Shown here in pieces: positions 28,291-36,540 of a DNA stretch of 62,057 nt. The stretch comes from a virus (lineage: Duplodnaviria; Caudoviricetes): IMG/VR virus record IMGVR_UViG_3300032267_000290, positions 1 through 62,057 of that record; one strand, 5' to 3'. The first letter of the stretch is position 1, and every line of letters starts with the position of its first letter. The notes below the pieces were generated by a model. That model was not told the DNA's origin. It was given only the letters and a program-made list of their open reading frames with translations, and ran no database searches. Made by a program: the position numbers and the translations under genes.

Positions 28291-29094
28291 TTAACGCAAC
28301 TCCTTGAGCAACTTGTTAAAGGATGTTGATGCAAGACCGCTGACATCCTTTACATTCTCTGCCACATCAAAGCATTTCGCAACCTTGGTGTTGCCGATAC
28401 CAATTGCAATGACCTTGATGTTTAACTTGTTAGCAAGGGTCTGTACTTTCTTCATGCGATCAACATCGTAACCATCGGCATCTGTCAGGAGGAAGAGGAT
28501 CTTACGTTGCTCTTCTTGACGAGACAGATCTTCCAGTGCCAACGTGAGCGATGCGTAGTCAGGTGTACCGCCATCCGCACACTGATCAATCGAACCCAAC
28601 TTAGCGGATGCTTTCGATAACGACTCTTTCCATGTTTTAAATGGAATGAATTGTGTGTACTCGGTAACGACACGTGACCACTCAGCACGACAGGTGTAAC
28701 CATCGGCATCTCTAGTGCCTCGGAATCCAGTAACACTGAACGATACGTCAGCCTTGTCAAGGATCTTGCCCAACTGAATTGCAATCTCCTGTGCAGTCTT
28801 GATACGCTCACCGCCATAGTCGTTCATCGAACCTGAGCAATCGATCAGTACAGACACCGCAGACTTGGTAGCCTCAACGTGTTGCCGTCTGCTGAAGATT
28901 GATGTACTGCCAGTGGCAAAGCGTGTAAACGCTCTGCGATCTAAGCGACCATTTTCTTCATGTGTTGACCAACCAACCAAGTCAACCGAGCGAAGTAGGC
29001 GAATGATGTTTGCACGTACACCGCCTAGACCGCCATGCTGAGTATTGAACAGGTAAGAGAACTTGCTCTCACATTCTGCTTTGTTAAGAATCAT
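28291..29094 (-). CDS. CobT-C-like von Willebrand A domain protein
   Basis: GRLD..., MIDAS LIDCSGSM, GGTP, LTDA, IAIGIG; GGAGG RBS before ATG 29094. Confidence 0.85.
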   Translation of the reverse strand: MILNKAECESKFSYLFNTQHGGLGGVRANIIRLLRSVDLVGWSTHEENGRLDRRAFTRFATGSTSIFSRRQHVEATKSAVSVLIDCSGSMNDYGGERIKTAQEIAIQLGKILDKADVSFSVTGFRGTRDADGYTCRAEWSRVVTEYTQFIPFKTWKESLSKASAKLGSIDQCADGGTPDYASLTLALEDLSRQEEQRKILFLLTDADGYDVDRMKKVQTLANKLNIKVIAIGIGNTKVAKCFDVAENVKDVSGLASTSFNKLLKELR

Positions 29095-29095
29095 G

Positions 29096-30118
29096 TTACC
29101 TCCAAGTAAATTTTGCGAACTGTGGTTTAGCGACATTAGGAATATCGCCACCGCTCTGTACATCAGAATCAGCCAACTCACCCTCGATGAAATCAGATGG
29201 CTCAGGATCACGACCACCCCCGAAGTCAGACTTGCCACGACCCTTGGATGGTTTGTCAGAGGGTTTGTCGGTAGGCTTATCGCCATCCTTACCACCCTCA
29301 TCACTGCCCCGATCATCGCCCTCATCACCGCCTTGATCGTCACCTTGATCGTCACCCTTGTCGGTAGGCTTTTCACCTTGAGTGCCACCCTCACCCTTTT
29401 CACCACCCTCACGCTCTTCACCATCGTCAGGCTCAGGCTTGTCGGTAGGCTTGTCACCATTACCACCGCCACCCTCTTCATCCTGTTGCAAACGCTTATA
29501 CAACTCGATTGCAATCTCAGCGATACGCTGAGTGTTGGTGGCTAACTGTGCCTCACCCAATGCCCAGTGCAAATCACTAGCCCAAGGTGCATCATCGATA
29601 ATGCTTGGCACGTTGATGTGATAGCCGTTTAAACGTCTACCCTCGATGGCGAGTAGGAACGGTACGTTTTTAAGATCGTCTGCCTCAACGTAACCATTCT
29701 TAGCAAGCACTGAATTAGTAAGGTCTTCAAACAAGGCACGGCTGTTTGGTGCGTAGCCTGATTCGATAACCTTGAGTTCGATGCGAGGATCTTCAAGACC
29801 ATTGATTAGGTTAGCAACGAACCCGCCATGCTCTCTACGAGCGTTATCCCAAGGATCGTTATCGGTAAACCAAGCATGACCCAACTCATGCAAGGCATAA
29901 CCGATTAGGTTATTGAACTTGGCACGAGGAATGTCGGATGCCTCGTTGATTGCGGGGAACAGGATCTTAGCATCGACACCATGTTGACCACGTTCAAAGA
30001 TGATGCCCGCAGTAGTACCTGACCACACGAAGTTAAGGCGATCAAAGCGACCACCCGCATTCTTGAACACACGCTCTAGTGTGGATTCGACACCACGTTT
30101 AGCATTGATTGCAAGCAT
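29096..30118 (-). CDS. CobT-N-like zincin (HExxH) protein with acidic low-complexity tail
   Basis: GYALHELGHAWFT...NGLEDPRIE; DKPTDKP and GDDQ repeats. Confidence 0.8.
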   Translation of the reverse strand: MLAINAKRGVESTLERVFKNAGGRFDRLNFVWSGTTAGIIFERGQHGVDAKILFPAINEASDIPRAKFNNLIGYALHELGHAWFTDNDPWDNARREHGGFVANLINGLEDPRIELKVIESGYAPNSRALFEDLTNSVLAKNGYVEADDLKNVPFLLAIEGRRLNGYHINVPSIIDDAPWASDLHWALGEAQLATNTQRIAEIAIELYKRLQQDEEGGGGNGDKPTDKPEPDDGEEREGGEKGEGGTQGEKPTDKGDDQGDDQGGDEGDDRGSDEGGKDGDKPTDKPSDKPSKGRGKSDFGGGRDPEPSDFIEGELADSDVQSGGDIPNVAKPQFAKFTWR

Positions 30119-31587
30119 TACTTACCTCCCAAAAAAGATTTGAAATTGTTAACGTCAATCACCGCAGAGAACACACCACGCAACTCAGCCTCGCAATCAG
30201 CGGGAAACTTATTGATGATTGCATTCTCAAAGGCGATACCAACTGGCACACCCTTGCTTACTGCTCTCGCCCAAGCAAACAACTGGCGAAGACTAGGTGG
30301 CTGAGTCAGCACACCCGCACGTGCTTTCTCACGAGCCACATTGGCAAAGCGAATCAGCACAGTAGATGCATCGATGTTTAAACCAGTACGACTCGATACC
30401 AGTGCAACCTCCTGATTCTCAGGCAAGTACTCAAAGCGGAGCGTGTAACCAAAGCGATCAATGAATGCAGTATTCTGATCACGCACACCCGCAAAGTTAC
30501 CTGACGTATCGCCATGACCATTACTGTTGTCGGCACAGAAGAACGCAACATGACTAGCAACAGGAATGCGTTGACCTGTCTCGCTGATCACAATCGAACG
30601 ATGCGGGCTACGCTCACAGAGGGAATGCAGAATCGCAATTGACTGCGGGCGGGCAAAGCCAACCTCGTCAACTAAAACGATAGCACCTGTGTACTGGATC
30701 GCTTGGGTGATGACACCCGCTTTCCATACGACACTGCCATTCTCGATACTGTTAGCACCGATGAAGTCGGCACGTTCAATCGCCTCGTCAAAATTCACAC
30801 GAAACAATCTACGTCCGAGACGTGAGGCTAACTGGGTAACGAACTCGGTCTTGCCAGTGCCACGCTCACCCGCCAACCATGTGTTATCAGGCAGAGCATC
30901 GTCCAGTGCAACCAAGGCTTGGTGCAAGTGACGTGGTGCAAACACGTAGTCAGCGACACGAGCGGGAGCGGATGGGTCATCGAATACCTCGATCTCTAAC
31001 TCGGAGAAATCAATCGTCTCACCGTTGTAATCGTAGGACAGGACACCATCGAACACGTCCTTGACCTTGACCCTACGTGTCACTGCAACGGTCTGTGCAA
31101 CCTCAGCAATGACCTCGACAGGGGTTGCCTTGCGGAACTTAGCAAACTGCTTGGACACCTCATCACGTAGGGTGTCAGTAATCAGTTTGGCATCAGGCTT
31201 TTCGATTGCATCCACCTTGACGTTTAAACGGGCAGTCAGGTCATCGAACTTCTTTTCGATAGCGGTAGACTGAATCATCAACCGATCAAGAGATTTACTG
31301 GCAACCTCACGCACTGCCTCAACCTTGGACAGGCTCTCATTGATCTGAGCCTGTGCTTTGGTAATTTGTTGGGCAACGTCAGTGGGCAAGCCAACTGTTA
31401 CGACAGGCTTGGCAGACTTGACCTGATCGATGGTCACGTTACCCGCATTGATCAAGGCAATGACCTGAGCGATAGCCTGTGCCTTGTCCTTGGGGGCAAA
31501 GCCTACGAGACCGTTAGCCTCTAGCACACCGTTTAACTGGGCGAGAGGGATGAGTGGTACTTGTTTTTCGATATTAAGATTGTTCAA
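30118..31587 (-). CDS. MoxR-family (CobS/CbbQ-like) AAA+ ATPase with N-terminal coiled coil
   Basis: Walker A GERGTGKT, Walker B LVDE, DRF, SLRQL. Confidence 0.88.
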   Translation of the reverse strand: MNNLNIEKQVPLIPLAQLNGVLEANGLVGFAPKDKAQAIAQVIALINAGNVTIDQVKSAKPVVTVGLPTDVAQQITKAQAQINESLSKVEAVREVASKSLDRLMIQSTAIEKKFDDLTARLNVKVDAIEKPDAKLITDTLRDEVSKQFAKFRKATPVEVIAEVAQTVAVTRRVKVKDVFDGVLSYDYNGETIDFSELEIEVFDDPSAPARVADYVFAPRHLHQALVALDDALPDNTWLAGERGTGKTEFVTQLASRLGRRLFRVNFDEAIERADFIGANSIENGSVVWKAGVITQAIQYTGAIVLVDEVGFARPQSIAILHSLCERSPHRSIVISETGQRIPVASHVAFFCADNSNGHGDTSGNFAGVRDQNTAFIDRFGYTLRFEYLPENQEVALVSSRTGLNIDASTVLIRFANVAREKARAGVLTQPPSLRQLFAWARAVSKGVPVGIAFENAIINKFPADCEAELRGVFSAVIDVNNFKSFLGGK

Positions 31588-31605
31588 TTTAAGCCCCTAT
31601 AAAAA

Positions 31606-32172
31606 TTAAAGTGATAACTGATGCCCATCAACTGGGCAAACTGGAAGACCAAGGCTTGCCCATTTACTGGTCAAGCGGATGGTGTAATTGCAATGTGGGC
31701 AAGATGCCTTGAGCATCCGAGTACCCTGAACCTTACGGTTAGCCTGAACGTTTAAACGACCATGTGGGTATGCACCCAAGCCCTCGATCAGACCGCCAAA
31801 ATTTTGGCGAAAGGTCTCGCCAATGACAGTGGATGTAGGCTTACCCTCAAGCCACACCTTACGAATGCACTCAACGAACCGCCCACGATGACCACAACCA
31901 TCGGTGGCAGAGTGCGACAACTCGTGAACCAAGATCCCGAATACTTCAAAGGGATCGTCAACCACTGGCGAGATCAGGATCTCATGGGTAGCATCTGTCG
32001 ATGCACTGTCAGACCAATGCTCACCGATAGCACGATTCAGACTACGTGCGTGCTTGCTTGGAAAGCCACAGGTCACCCTGACATTGGCGGGAATAGGAAA
32101 ACCATTGGCATCGAAAATGCCACGTAATTCTGATACCGCCTCGTTCAACCACTCTTCACGATTAATAGCCAT
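31606..32172 (-). CDS. SprT-like zinc metalloprotease with C-terminal Zn ribbon
   Basis: HELSH...GH.G.F; CPHC...CP; likely start MAINREEWL. Confidence 0.8.
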   Translation of the reverse strand: MAINREEWLNEAVSELRGIFDANGFPIPANVRVTCGFPSKHARSLNRAIGEHWSDSASTDATHEILISPVVDDPFEVFGILVHELSHSATDGCGHRGRFVECIRKVWLEGKPTSTVIGETFRQNFGGLIEGLGAYPHGRLNVQANRKVQGTRMLKASCPHCNYTIRLTSKWASLGLPVCPVDGHQLSL

Positions 32173-32275
32173 TTGCCACCCCCTTGTGTTTAGTTTTACG
32201 ACTGTACTTACGAGCGGTATGACTACCCGCACCGCACCGTTTAGCGTGCTTTGCTACAAAGTTTCTGATAGGCAT
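32162..32275 (-). CDS. 37-aa basic peptide (not in ORF track)
   Basis: MPIRNFVAKHAKRCGAGSHTARKYSRKTKHKGVANGY; RBS GGAGGGCTT. Confidence 0.6.
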   Translation of the reverse strand: MPIRNFVAKHAKRCGAGSHTARKYSRKTKHKGVANGY

Positions 32276-32337
32276 AAGCCCTCCTGTTAAAAGTTATAAG
32301 GCACATCCCTATGCCCCAAAGGGCATAAGGATAGGTC

Positions 32338-32592
32338 TTAAACCTCCGAGAACTGCACACTCGGATCGAGCCTCTGCAATTCCTCAGCGACTCGGATTAG
32401 TTTGTTATACCTACGACCAACCTCAGACCTAGGCAATTCGCCATCACAGGTCAGGTTCTCAGGTGACAACTCGTTGTCGATCCTACGTGCCAACCGCTCC
32501 CGATCAGCGGGAACAGACAGGTCATAGGGTTTTCTACCGAATATGGCATTCCAACTATTCTGCTCTGCAACATAACGTACTAATGAACTCAT
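32338..32592 (-). CDS. Conserved phage hypothetical protein (LSPENLTCDGE family)
   Basis: RBS AGGGGGCTT before MSSLVRY. Confidence 0.7.
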   Translation of the reverse strand: MSSLVRYVAEQNSWNAIFGRKPYDLSVPADRERLARRIDNELSPENLTCDGELPRSEVGRRYNKLIRVAEELQRLDPSVQFSEV

Positions 32593-32605
32593 AAAGCCCC
32601 CTTGG

Positions 32606-32812
32606 TTAGAGTGAAAAGAAGAAGTCAGCGGGAATAGCACCAACCTTGGTTTGGGTTAAGCCATCGAGACGATTCTCGATTTGGGTAGTAAAACGATGAT
32701 CGACAGACAGACCAGTAAGGTCTGAGACCCAAGCAATTTGATCCCTCTGCTTTGAGTATTCAAGGGCATTTTCAAGGGTAACGTACTGCTTAACGTATTC
32801 ACCGAATGTCAT
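32606..32812 (-). CDS. Hypothetical protein, first gene of the leftward operon
   Basis: RBS AGGAGGCTT. Confidence 0.65.
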   Translation of the reverse strand: MTFGEYVKQYVTLENALEYSKQRDQIAWVSDLTGLSVDHRFTTQIENRLDGLTQTKVGAIPADFFFSL

Positions 32813-33653
32813 AAAAGCCTCCTAAGTAAGATGCAAGATCGCATCCTCTAGCACCCTCCTCCAAGGATGCTATGAGATGTTATCTAGTGGATCGCTCCAC
32901 AACTTTTGGCACTCGCTGACGTTGTCACCGTCAGGTCAAAGCGGTCTCGGTGCTATCTCGTTCGCCACAATGGCTACTAGCCTTTCCCGTACAGTTATAG
33001 ACTTGATACGTCTCGCCCTTTGTTTTAGATCGATAGGCAATTAATACATTTCAATCGATCACCGCATTTATTTATTCACGCTCTCGGCTCGCACGTGTCG
33101 GTGGTTTCTCACCGATTTACTACAACTGCAACAACAGACTGAATGTTAGCACGAATGTTTAAACAGGTGTTAGCATCATGTTGTTAATCCCACACAGTTT
33201 ACTCAGGTATTACCCTCTATATAAGACTATCTATCGCCCAGTTTTAGGTCTTATACAAGACCCAAAAAACCCTCCCCGCCAAGCCTTGTTCTATAAGGGT
33301 GAGGCTCACCATTGAACGATCGGATGCTAGCACACCCACTTGCTCCAACAATAGCATTAACGTCTCCTAGACCCCTCTAATGCGGTTTAAACCGTATGTA
33401 TGGATATACAGTACTGAGCGGTCTCGGTCACAACTGGGATCAATTTTAGAAATCGGGTGGCTCATCACGTGAGCCTTAGCACGAAGTGCGACAGTCAAAT
33501 AAATGTGTGGTGAATGATTGATGACTGATAGAGATAGTAGAGGCTCATGCAGTGAGCCAGTGACAGGTGAAATAGAGAACACTCAGGAAACGATATTGAC
33601 ATCAGAATGGAACAAGCTCATCATATGAGCCAGTGATCGAAGTTTAAACGAGG

Positions 33654-34316
33654 ATGAGACCAGCGATGAAGACTAGCAAAAAACACAATGAATGCGACAG
33701 TCTGAGTATTAGCACAGAAAATAAGAACGATGCTATCAGTACAGGCGAGGGAATGAATGCCAAAGGCGATCAGCCAAGGGATTACAGGAAAGCAATAGAA
33801 GAGCAAGAGATAAAGGTAAAGAAGAATGGATTACCTGTAGGAGTGCATCTAGAGAATGGTGTAGAAACCAATGGCAGAGACAAAAGACTGTCACCAAGGG
33901 CTACGATGTTTGCTCATTATCTGATAGAGGGTCACACACCGATCAATGCTTATATGAGATCGTATAACTGCGAGAACTCAAGCCACGCAACAATCACAAG
34001 CAATGCGAACAAACTAATGCGGGATCCTAGAGTTACTTTACTTTTAGAGCCTCTCATGCATGCTCGAAAAGAAATGATCATGACAGATGAACGCATTGCA
34101 CGTCAGCACATCATGTCGCAACTGTATGACCACGCAGAGGACGAAGACACCCCGATCAGTATGCGACTACGCTCACTGGAACTAATGGGCAAGGCGGTAG
34201 GAATGTTCAGCGACAAAGTGGAACAGGTGACCGAAGTGATTGACGTAGATGCATTGAAGAAAGAACTGGAGTCATCACTGACACTGCTAGAGAATGCGAA
34301 CAAGCGTAAGCACTGA
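33654..34316 (+). CDS. terS: Terminase small subunit
   Basis: LSPR..MFA.....G.....AY...Y...ANKLM.DP.V and RLRSLELMGKAVGMF motifs; upstream of TerL. Confidence 0.7.
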   Translation: MRPAMKTSKKHNECDSLSISTENKNDAISTGEGMNAKGDQPRDYRKAIEEQEIKVKKNGLPVGVHLENGVETNGRDKRLSPRATMFAHYLIEGHTPINAYMRSYNCENSSHATITSNANKLMRDPRVTLLLEPLMHARKEMIMTDERIARQHIMSQLYDHAEDEDTPISMRLRSLELMGKAVGMFSDKVEQVTEVIDVDALKKELESSLTLLENANKRKH

Positions 34317-34555
34317 TGTCTTGCGTAGAGAACTGGCTCAATGCCTGCCCCTTGTTTAAACGTGCCATGCTCGACCCCACCGCTCCCCACCACCGCTGTT
34401 TTGCCTGCGTGCGTCCTACACGTCTATACACTGTGATCCACACATACAATCACACTCATATACCAATACGAACGTTCTCTATGTATAATGAAACAGGGGA
34501 AAGTGTATTCGTTACTAGATATGCTTCACATACATATCGCATGAGTACCCCTTAG

Positions 34556-34571
34556 TGTTCCACGTGAAACA
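34556..34571. promoter_or_regulatory. parS: parS site (ParB/Spo0J binding consensus)
   Basis: TGTTCCACGTGAAACA matches the TGTTNCACGTGAAACA consensus; intergenic. Confidence 0.75.
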
Positions 34572-34596
34572 TACCCCCCCTATATAAATTTTCAGT

Positions 34597-34625
34597 TGAC
34601 ATTGTTTAAACGCTATAGCAAACTA
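34597..34625 (+). promoter_or_regulatory. Possible promoter for the lexA-like/terL operon with GTTTAAAC in the spacer
   Basis: TTGACA-17 nt-CAAACT (weak -10). Confidence 0.4.
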
Positions 34626-34664
34626 CCCCCCGAACGTTTTCTATTTGTTCATACGGGGTATATA

Positions 34665-34808
34665 TTGAAAAATCAGTTAGTGGTTAGTAAATTAAAGAAT
34701 TTGATATTGAGTCTCATGGCGGTAGAGGCTGAATTGCGTGGCGGTGAAAAGGAAGACTTAAGTGCAGCCATAGCGAGTCTTAAGAAGGCAGTGGAGAAAC
34801 TGAAATGA
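34665..34808 (+). CDS. Small hypothetical protein (TTG start inferred)
   Basis: GGGG RBS; ATGA-coupled to the next gene. Confidence 0.45.
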   Translation: MKNQLVVSKLKNLILSLMAVEAELRGGEKEDLSAAIASLKKAVEKLK

Positions 34809-35035
34809 CAGAGCGTCAGATGGAAGTACTACGGTACATTGAGGACTTCATCAGAGTCAAAGGGTTTTCCCCTAGTTATGTGGATATAGCCACAGGATTG
34901 AACCTGAAGAGTAAAGCCAATATCCATAGACTAGTCCATAGACTAAAAGACATGGGCTTTTTAAAGCTTGACCCCCACAAGGTTAGGTCTGTTGAGCCTA
35001 TTGATAAAACCATTCAAAAGATGACCTCCCTGTGA
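34805..35035 (+). CDS. LexA N-terminal-type winged-HTH protein without peptidase domain
   Basis: MTERQ.EVL.YI......GFSPS..DIA..L.LKS...IH..V..L...GFL....K.RSVE. Confidence 0.8.
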   Translation: MTERQMEVLRYIEDFIRVKGFSPSYVDIATGLNLKSKANIHRLVHRLKDMGFLKLDPHKVRSVEPIDKTIQKMTSL

Positions 35036-36531
35036 TTCTTACTGAAGAAGAAATTAGGAAGTATCGTAATCTATTGGATCACCTGCCTGAAGGCTCCCCT
35101 CAGATCCCTAAGATTAAAAAGCTTTTAGAAGAGGACAAGAAGGAGAAATGCAGGCAAAACTTCATGCCCTTTGTCAAAGAGATGTGGTCTGCCTTTATTG
35201 CTGGGAAACATCACAAAGACATGGCGGATGCTTTTGAACGAGTCGCTAATGGGTCTTTAAAAAGACTTATCATCAATATGCCTCCCCGCCATACTAAGTC
35301 GGAGTTTGCTTCTTATCTGTTCCCCGCTTGGTATCTAGGTAAGTTTCCACATAAGAAAATCATTCAGACTGCTCATACAGCAGAATTGGCGACAAACTTC
35401 GGTCGTAAGGTCAGAAATCTTGTAGCGACCCCAGACTACCAAGCCCTATTTCCTACAAAACTCTCCTCAGACAGCAAAGCGGCAGGAAGATGGAACACCA
35501 ACAAAGGCGGGGATTACTTCGCTATCGGTGTTGGCGGTGCCGTAACAGGTAAAGGTGCGGACGTTTTAATCATTGATGACCCCCATTCCGAGCAGGAGGC
35601 GATGCAAGGGAACCCCGCAGTCTTTGACAGGGTCTACGAATGGTATTCTTCTGGTCCTCGTCAACGTCTACAGCCTGGCGGATCCATCATTATTGTTATG
35701 ACCCGCTGGTCTAAGCGGGACTTAACAGGACAAATCCTCAATAACTCCATCAAACGGGAGGGAGACGACTGGGAGCAGATTGAGTTTCCTGCCCTCATGC
35801 CCTCAGGAAAACCTTTATGGAGCGAGTTCTGGAGCAAAAAAGAACTAGAAGCCATCAAAAATGAGATCCCAGTCAGTAAATGGGAAGCCCAATACCAACA
35901 GAATCCAACCTCCGAAGAAGGAGCCATCATTAAACGGGAGATGTGGAAGATCTGGGAGAAGGACGAACCGCCAGTCTGTGAGTTCATTATCCAGTCTTGG
36001 GATACCGCTTTTGAAAAGAACAACAGGGCGGACTACTCCGCCTGTACAACATGGGGAGTCTTCTATAAAACGGACTCCAATGGCTATGACACGACCCACA
36101 TCATTCTTTTGGACGCATTTAAAGACCGTCTAGAGTTCCCTGAACTAAAGAAAAAAGCACAAGAGCTTTATAAGGATTGGACGCCAGACGCTCTGATCGT
36201 GGAGAAAAAGGCGGCAGGAGCGCCCCTCATCTATGAGATGCGTAGGATGGGAATACCATTACAGGAATATACACCAAGCAAAGGCTCTGATAAGATAGCC
36301 CGTGTAAACGCTATATCTGATCTGTTTGCTTCAGGTTTTGTCTGGTGTCCTAACAAGCGTTGGGCGGAAGAGGTGATGGAAGAATGTGCTTCTTTTCCCA
36401 ATGGCGAGCATGACGACCTTGTGGACTCCACCAGTCAAGCCTTGTTAAGATTTCGTCAGGGAGGATTTATCCGTTTAAACTCGGATGAGGAAGATCAATT
36501 TATGCCACGCAAAAAAGTGGCGTATTACTAA
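35032..36531 (+). CDS. terL: Terminase large subunit
   Basis: INMPPRHTKS, IIDDP, QSWDTA, HDDLVDSTSQAL. Confidence 0.95.
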   Translation: MILTEEEIRKYRNLLDHLPEGSPQIPKIKKLLEEDKKEKCRQNFMPFVKEMWSAFIAGKHHKDMADAFERVANGSLKRLIINMPPRHTKSEFASYLFPAWYLGKFPHKKIIQTAHTAELATNFGRKVRNLVATPDYQALFPTKLSSDSKAAGRWNTNKGGDYFAIGVGGAVTGKGADVLIIDDPHSEQEAMQGNPAVFDRVYEWYSSGPRQRLQPGGSIIIVMTRWSKRDLTGQILNNSIKREGDDWEQIEFPALMPSGKPLWSEFWSKKELEAIKNEIPVSKWEAQYQQNPTSEEGAIIKREMWKIWEKDEPPVCEFIIQSWDTAFEKNNRADYSACTTWGVFYKTDSNGYDTTHIILLDAFKDRLEFPELKKKAQELYKDWTPDALIVEKKAAGAPLIYEMRRMGIPLQEYTPSKGSDKIARVNAISDLFASGFVWCPNKRWAEEVMEECASFPNGEHDDLVDSTSQALLRFRQGGFIRLNSDEEDQFMPRKKVAYY

Positions 36532-36540
36532 GGACACGCT

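Noticed and set aside
29095-29514. Programmed -1 frameshift fusing the CobT halves, or the track's long vWA N-terminus
   Set aside because: Fusion needs a +1 shift, no canonical slippery heptamer was seen, and vWA has its own RBS; the extension is a shadow of the low-complexity linker
34316-34664. ORF 34316..34555 and the 5' part of 34596..34808
   Set aside because: No clear RBS, atypical composition; adjacent to or overlapping parS and promoter-like sequence
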